Of a DNA stretch of 64,000 bases, positions 55,101 to 64,000 are shown one piece after another (position 1 is the first letter of the stretch; each line of letters starts with the position of its first letter). Under the pieces are notes generated by a model that made no database searches, was not told where the DNA came from, and saw nothing but the letters and a program-made list of their open reading frames with translations. The stretch lies in the NCBI RefSeq assembly GCF_009914755.1, contig NC_060926.1; one strand, written 5' to 3'. Made by a program: the position numbers and the translations under genes. The stretch comes from the human T2T-CHM13v2.0 reference genome, Homo sapiens.

Positions 55101-55973
55101 CTCAGGCAAGAAGCTAAGTCTTTCTGAGATTCATTTCCTCACCTGTAAATGGGTCATAGCACCTATCTTGAGGAATATGGTGCAATTATATAACATTCAG
55201 TTGGTAAATTGGCACCTTCTTGTGCTATTATAATTGGCCTGTAGTTGACAATTTTTTTCCAAGACACCTTGCTATTTACTATGAATTAGTAAGCAATTGA
55301 ATTCCCTTTCACATGATATATTAAGCTTTACTTTTCATCTTTGTAAGAAATGTTTTGTTCTCAGTTAGGGTTATTTTCATGACCATAGGAATGCCCCAGA
55401 AGTAATTGTTCAGGGGCAGAGTGACCTTCCTCTTGCTCCTGAAGGACATAGATACTCAAGGAAATGCATGGTTGTTCTTTCACTAAGTACCCCTCCAGTG
55501 AAACTCTTGACATCTGTCTCCTGAGTGGCCTAAGAACAGTGCTGGTTTTCTACCTTTCCTCAGGAGCAAGGACATTTCTTGCTTCCTGGCTCTCTCCTAA
55601 TGGGCAGTACACATTGGACGGAGAGTTGGGGGATTAGAGAAGGCATCCTTTAAGGACTTCATCACAACCATGTAATGATTAAAGAGGAACATTGAGAAAT
55701 TTGAAGGCAAATATACAAAGAACATTTAGTTCATTCACACAGCAAGCATTTCTTTGGAGCCTTTTAGTGCCAGACATCAAGCTAGAAACTAAGATAGAGA
55801 AACTAGTCCAACACAGTCCCTGCCCCAGAGAAGCTCATAGTCTTCTGTAAGAAGTAGATAAGTAAAAAGACATTTGCAAACTTTCTAGAAGTTGTTAGGG
55901 TAGAGTTAGGTACAGCATGACAGTGGGTGTGCAGGAGATGGCATTCTAACCCAGGCTTCCTTCAAAGACATAA

Positions 55974-57503
<1,530 letters not shown>

Positions 57504-59855
57504 TTCATAGAGGCAAGATGTATATAACTGGGGCTCAAGATCCATGTTAATGAGTGACAAGAACTGAGATTGGAGAATGAGCGAGGCAAGATTTCACAGA
57601 ATTGTATTTGCCATGATAGTGGTTCATTTATCCTGAATATAATAAGATGCTATTGGAGGTTTTTAATTAATTCATTTATTTCCTTCTTCATTCCTCCCTT
57701 TACCAATATTTGTTGAGCATGGGTCCTTCCTTTGAACCCCTACTCTGCATTTGACAAAGAGTAGAGGTTAGGAGGAAGAACCTGTATCCAAACCACTTGG
57801 GCTCAAATCCATTTTCTGCTACCTGCAAGCTCTGCAACCAACGGAACCGTTTTTTAACCTCTCATTGCTCCAGTTTTCTCATTTGAAAATTTGACAAAAG
57901 AATAGCACTCACATTAAAATATTGTAAGATTAATTTAAGATACTATATATAAAGCATTTAGAATAGTTCCAGACTTGTGAACATCCATACATTGTTAGCT
58001 ATAAACCTTGTGTCTGACAGGTTCTGGTGACAAGCAGAAAAAGGCACCATCTCTGCCCACCACAAGCATGGAGTCCATGGAAGCTGGACTTTCTCCATGC
58101 TGTGAAAATGAACATACCCAATATTGTGGGTTGTGTAACTTGAATGGGATACTGTGGAGGCACTCAGGAGAGACTTAGACTTGGGAGACCAGAAGGGGCT
58201 TTTGGAAAGAAGTGTTGTCTCAGCTTGAACCTAAGAAATGAGTAGAAATTAGCTAGAAAAACGAAACAGAAAAAAGTCAAGAGCAAGTCACAGTAAATGT
58301 GCATTTCAAAATGCTTCCTCTGGCAGCAAGTGTAGGGTGGACCAGAAGGGGAGGAATCTACAGTCATGGAGGACCATTAAGAGGCTTTCTGTAGGAGTTG
58401 CCTACAGCTCATGGAGCAGGTGGGCCAGAAGTTGTTATCCCTTTTAGATAAAAGAGACAAATTCCAATGGCTTCTCATGCTGTCCACCTGGTGACTGAGC
58501 CACGGTTAGACTCTGCCTCTCCTCATTATTATCCCACCAGTTCTCAAATCCTCTAAAGGGATTTCATTCCTACATATCCTGTAGTTGACTCTCACAGACA
58601 ATGGTATGAGCATTGGTAATTTTGCACAGGAGGATCCTGCCGCTTGAATAACTTTCTCTGTATGAAGCATGTGGCTATGGTTACCATTTCGCAGAACATC
58701 TCAGATGAACATACATACTGTGTACAAGTCCTAAAATCTCACAGTCAAAAATGAGAATAAGATCCATTTGTGGCCAAAGGACTATATCATTTTAGAAATG
58801 CAATTCTTATTGTTGCCTTTGAATATTCTTCTCACTAGCCAAGAAGTTTTCTGCTTGCCTTTCCCTAATGTCATTTTTGGTAGTGAAGTTTTGATTGTTG
58901 GGTGGGGCAGACAATGAGGATGACATGACATAAGTGTTCAATAAAATCCAGCCAGGTTAGTGAGTTCCACTGCAAACGTGTCCCTGGAGTTGGTAAGGCA
59001 ATGCCACTCAGATACACACTGTCTACATGTTTACAAAAGTCTTTACAGAAATAGTAAATAGACCCCTAATCGCAGGACTCCTAATCTGGTTTCCTTTCCA
59101 CCACAGTTTGCTGTAGCCTTTATGTACAAACTATCACAGGATGCCACCCCCACTGTCAGCCCCTTGGAGGGTGGGTGTGACATTTCTGTGTCTTTCTTAT
59201 TGTTAAGTGCAGTTGATATTCAGAACATCCTTGGTTAATTCGTTTAACACAGAGAAACTGCAAAGATGAGGAAAACATATTTGTTTTGACTCATCAGGAA
59301 ATGTTTATTTCCTTACATTTATGTTTCCCTTAAAGGTATGAGCTACTCAGGGGTAAAGTGAGTATATTTAAATTTGCATTCCAATGTCTTAAACTGTTTC
59401 ATCGATTCTTCCAAGAGCATTGAAATAATTTTTTTCCTTAATTCTGCTAGTTTGCTCAGGATTATAAATTACTAATGCTCCTAAGAAATCAGTAACCTCC
59501 CAAAGGAGATAGAAGTCAGGCTTTGAAATATTACTACTGAAAAAAAAATTTCCCACCAACATCTAGACAATAGGCTGGTGAAGTAGGTGAACTACCTGGG
59601 TCAGTTTCACAGTGTGAGTACAAATTGTGGAAGAAGATGGAAAAAATTATACCTGAAAGCTCGGGCTGATGTGTTTTGTGTGTTGTGGCTCTTGCATAGG
59701 CCAATTTGCTATTGGACAGGTCGTTAGCAGAGTGATCAATAGGAACTACCACATACCAGCTAGCTTTGGTTTTTAGAGTTATCAGAAGCAAGGGGTTGGG
59801 GTAGGAGAGGGTGTTGGCTAAGACTGCAGCCTCTCTTGTTAAAAATCCTGTGGTC

Positions 59856-60165
<310 letters not shown>

Positions 60166-61329
60166 TCAAAGCCCCGCCTAGCCACTTAATAGTTGGGACA
60201 ACATATGTAATATATTTTCTCTCTGCCTCAGTTTACTCATCTGTGAAATTATGATAATAGCTATTATAGGGATTAATTGAAATAATGCATTTGAACACTT
60301 AAAATGTTTCTGGTACAAAGGACACACTTAATGAAATAAATCCTTGCTATTATAATCAAGTTTGCTTTAAATATATAAACATAAGCTTAGTGTCAGTGTG
60401 AGAGTTACTGTAGCTCAGGCTTTTCATGTCGTAAATGAGGAAATATTAATGTTGAGTGAGCAGTCTGCTGGTGTCCATTACAGAGCTAGTTTTATTTTGC
60501 AATATTTTATTCAGAATTTGAAAAAAAATAGAATAAAGGAAGAAATAAGTTAATACGTGTCCATAATCTTTAAATTTAGTGAGTTTAAAAAACAAATTTA
60601 ATTGCTTTTTAAATTTACCATCTGTTTTTCCATATAGGTGAGTTTTTTTTTTTAAATGAATTGTCATAATTTACTGTTTCAGAACTTCTTAAAAACGTGT
60701 TTTAATTAATTTTGCTGTATTTAAGGCCCTGGAGCAAGCTTTTTGTGATGCTTCTATGGCACCATCTGCCAACTGGAAAAATGACCCTGCTCTGCACACA
60801 GACCTGTGTTCCTGTGGGCGGAGACCCCTCTGTCAGGTGAGATGTAACCTATGCCATTCTGGGGCACTGGGCAACATGCTGCCTGGTCAGGGACACCAGC
60901 TAACCACCCCTTTGTCAGCAATATATCAAAATCAACAGCTTTTACACCCTTGGGCTTGAATGACATTCATGTTGGGAACTGGCCTCCTTACCTATCAGCA
61001 ATCAGTATGTGGCACTTCTGGCTTGAGGTCAGGAGATTCAGGCTTTTGAAAGTTACTATTTATATTGTATATTCCTCTCTATGTACAAATTTCCTGGTGT
61101 TTACATTGTTTGAGCTTTTGGAAACTCCTCTAGATTCTGTCTTGTAGCTGTCAGCTATTAGTATTTCAAGTGGATGTGGGTATTTATCTTAGAAATTTTC
61201 CCAAGCTGGTGGTGGTGGTACCCTGAAGAATAGAACAAAAAATGTTGGCCTGGGATTGAAGAGACAAACTTTAGTTTTCATCTTTGAACATTCTCTGTAA
61301 ACGGGAATACAAACATGAACGTCAAATGG

Positions 61330-62310
61330 TCCTTGACTTAGGGAGTTCGCCACTTAGTGGGCAAGACAGGTGTGAAGATAAAAGCCATGATGGAGCCCAG
61401 GGTTCCATGGGAACCTGAAGGAGAACCCGACTCAGAGTGGAGGGAAGCACAGGGAGGATTACTGAGAGAGGAGAAGCCTGAGTTGAGCTCTGAAGGGAGA
61501 GTAGAAGTTTCTTGAGCAAACCATAGGTGAGGAAGGCATAGAAGAAACAGTGTGATAAAAGGGAGAGAGAAAATAAAAGTAAAGTAGGAATATTAGAAAA
61601 GCTGTTTCTAAAGCCTAGAATATGTGCAGCCTGAGGAAAGATGAGGCCAGAGAATGAGGACCTTATTTGCCACCCCAGGAAGCTTAGGCTTTGTCTGGTA
61701 ACTGAGATCTCTCAGTCAGTTGTAAACAGAAGAGTGCCATGATTGCATTGCATTTCGGGAATATCTCTGGTATCGGTGTGGGAAATTGATTATAGAGTGA
61801 CCATGATGGGCTAGGAAGGACATTTAAGATATTGTTCTCTTTGAGGCCTAAAGTTAAGCAGGAATGATGGGGATGAAGGATAATGACTCAGAATATTTAG
61901 TTGGTAGAGTAAATGGGACTTGATCACCTATTTCATAAGAGGTGAGAAAGAAGGAAATGACCCAGAGGTCTCCCAGGGCCCGACATGCAACAAAGTGGAT
62001 GGTGATTCTAGTTTCTGGATAGGAAACAGAAAAAGAACAGAGGAGGAGGCGAGAAGAAGCAGAAGCATGGGGAGGTGGTGGAGCAGGAAGAAGAGGAGGA
62101 AGAGGAGGGGGAGGAGTGAGTTTGGGGAAAAATGATGAGTTCAGTTTTAGACATGATGAATTAAATACATCTGAAAGAATTTCTAGTAGGCCTTTGGGGT
62201 ATGAGAGAGCTATGGTAGAGATAAATATTTGCAAGTCATAGTTAGTGATAAATAAGTCATATGCATGAAATCACCCTGGGAGAGAGTATAGAGTGAGTGA
62301 GAAGAAAGAT
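61330..62310 (-). mobile_element. L2 fragment
   Basis: CCTGAGTTGAGCTCTGAAGG...GATGAGTTCAGTTTTAGACATG...TGGTAGAGATAAATATTTGCAAGTCAT. Confidence 0.75.
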
Positions 62311-62339
62311 ACCAATAAACCACAGCTACCCACAGTCAG

Positions 62340-62670
62340 GTGTCTAGGATGATGAAGTCCCTGGAAACTACTTATCACAGGAAATTTAAAAATGGCTGGG
62401 GCTGTTCAGCTTAAGAAGAGAAGAATCAAGTGATTATAAAAATATCTGACTGATTATAAAAATGTATGAATACTTTCATGAAGTAAATAACAGGCTTATT
62501 TCACAGACCTAAAATGAAGCTGCTAGGTAAAAGTTGCAAAATTTGGTGGTGTACATAGAAAACTCTTTGATGTATTTGAAATGGTCAGCACTAATACCTT
62601 GTGCCATAGTGAACACTCCATTAATAGGATTGCTTCAACAAAGGTGGAGGCTTATCTACTCAAGAAGAGA
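62340..62670 (+). mobile_element. L3/CR1 3' fragment
   Basis: GGGGCTGTTCAGCTTAAGAAGAGAAG...ATAGTGAACACTCCATT resembles the CR1 3' end. Confidence 0.45.
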
Positions 62671-62674
62671 TAGA

Positions 62675-62868
62675 GCAGTGGCTCCTAAACTTTGCTAAAT
62701 CCAAACAACCTGAGGATTGTTGATAAAAAAACGCAAACTCCAAAGCACCACTCTACAGCTCTACAGCGTTTGGACCAGGAATATTCAGGAATATACTATA
62801 TATTTCCCCAGTGATATTTATATAGCCAGATTGGCACAGGTCATGGAACAGTTTTGGAAATCACTACT
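62675..62868. mobile_element. MER5-like DNA transposon fragment
   Basis: CAGTGGCTCCTAAACTTTG...TTCCCCAGTGAT...TTTTGGAAATCACT has hAT-Charlie-like termini. Confidence 0.5.
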
Positions 62869-62905
62869 TAGGAAGTTTTAGATTTTTGGATGTGTACCTG
62901 TAAAC

Positions 62906-62943
62906 TGTGTGTGTATGTATGTGTGTGTGTGTGTGTGTGTGTG
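62906..62943. repeat. (TG)n microsatellite
   Basis: Interrupted TG run. Confidence 0.9.
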
Positions 62944-63840
62944 CACACACATATGTTTACATACGAGTGAGTCATGAAATAGAAATTATTCCAAGTTGTC
63001 TTCTAATCCTTTCAAAGGGAAACAATTTTATGCATCTAAGGTTTAAACCATGCTTCTTTTGTGTTCTCTCACAGTGCCAAATTGCCTTAGGTTGAGGAGT
63101 GGCATATCCTTACTACACCAAAGTGGGCACATCATACTGCTGAAGGCTGTTTGTGAGGATGAGAAACTTCTTTGAGCAGTGTTTACATGTCTCAGAGCTT
63201 CTGCTCTGTCTCCTGTGGTTTACAGAGGATTAAAGATCTGTTCCACATAAACTGTCTCTACCCAGGAGGACCAGGTGGCACAAAAATGACCCTTCTGAAG
63301 CCATCACCTCTCAATCTGGCTTCTCTATCCAAGACCTTCTTATATCACAGCATCTTCTTTAACAAGATCATCTCTCATTACAGACCATTTTTTGGGCTCC
63401 TAAAGTAGTGTTTACTATACTCAGGATTCAGATCTTAGCCTGCATCTTCTCATTTAAAGTGCAGGCTCCTGCAGGGATCCATATTATCCTTTTTTTTTTT
63501 TTTTTTCCTGCAGTATGTACAACACCTGGCAAGGAACTAAATGCAGAGTAACTGCTAAAAAATATTTATTTGCTGATTCTTAAAAGTTATTGTACCCAGG
63601 GAGATAACATTGAAACAGATTCCTTTCTCTTTTAAAATTGATGGAACTTACTATTACTCATTGATTTTGAAAACTTAAGGTAGTTTGCTTGCATTTCCAA
63701 TAGAAGATTGGATCCAACAAAACAAATTGAAAACCACATATAAAAATGAGTCATCTATTTTTTATTGAATACACATTTTCACGTTAAACATCTTTAATAG
63801 TTAACATGCATTCCTGCTAGCTTTAGAAATCAAACATGGT

Positions 63841-64000
63841 GGCTGGGCGCGGTGGCTCACGCCTGTAATCCCAGCACTTTGGGAGGCCGAGACGGGCGGA
63901 TCACGAGGTCAGGAGATCGAGACCATCCTGGCTAACACGGTGAAACCCCGTCTCTACTAAAAATACAAAAATTAGCCGGGCATGGTGGCGCGCGCCTGTA
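63841..64000 (+). mobile_element. Young AluY (AluYg6-like), truncated by window edge
   Basis: Nearly all CpGs are intact. Carries GCCGAGACGGGCGG, the shortened ATACAAAAATTAG and GGCATGGTGGCGCGCGCC variants recalled as Yg6-diagnostic. Confidence 0.9.

Noticed and set aside
63050-63230. Plus-strand acceptor-like sites (TTCTCTCACAG, TGGTTTACAG)
   Set aside because: No convincing downstream donor or open frame. They illustrate the background rate of splice-like motifs.

Overview
This 64 kb window is AT-rich, repeat-dense primate (almost certainly human) non-coding DNA, either intergenic or deep intronic. I find no intact protein-coding gene, RNA gene, CpG-island promoter or CRISPR array. The ORF track is explained by Alu, L1 ORF2, LTR and simple-repeat read-through. 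The window holds about 12 Alu/FLAM copies (including an AluYg6-like one at the right edge), two 5'-truncated L1PA copies, older L1M/L2/L3 fragments, many solo LTRs (MLT1, MLT2, MST, THE1, MER52, MER67/31, MER21) and DNA transposons (full-length HSMAR2, Tigger2-like, MER69/Arthur1, MER5). The most notable structures are: (1) a 3'UTR-only retrocopy with a 15-bp TSD and a twin-priming inversion (3.5-4.4 kb); (2) a ~3.5 kb compound AT-rich minisatellite built largely from hairpin-forming units around a 274-bp pure A/T core (35.8-39.3 kb); (3) two nested transposon stacks; (4) several local templated duplications, both inverted and direct; (5) four minus-strand exon-like segments that could belong to a spliced lncRNA. 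Repeat subfamily names come from recalled consensus sequences, not from a search. I cannot support a claim of a new biological system from sequence alone.
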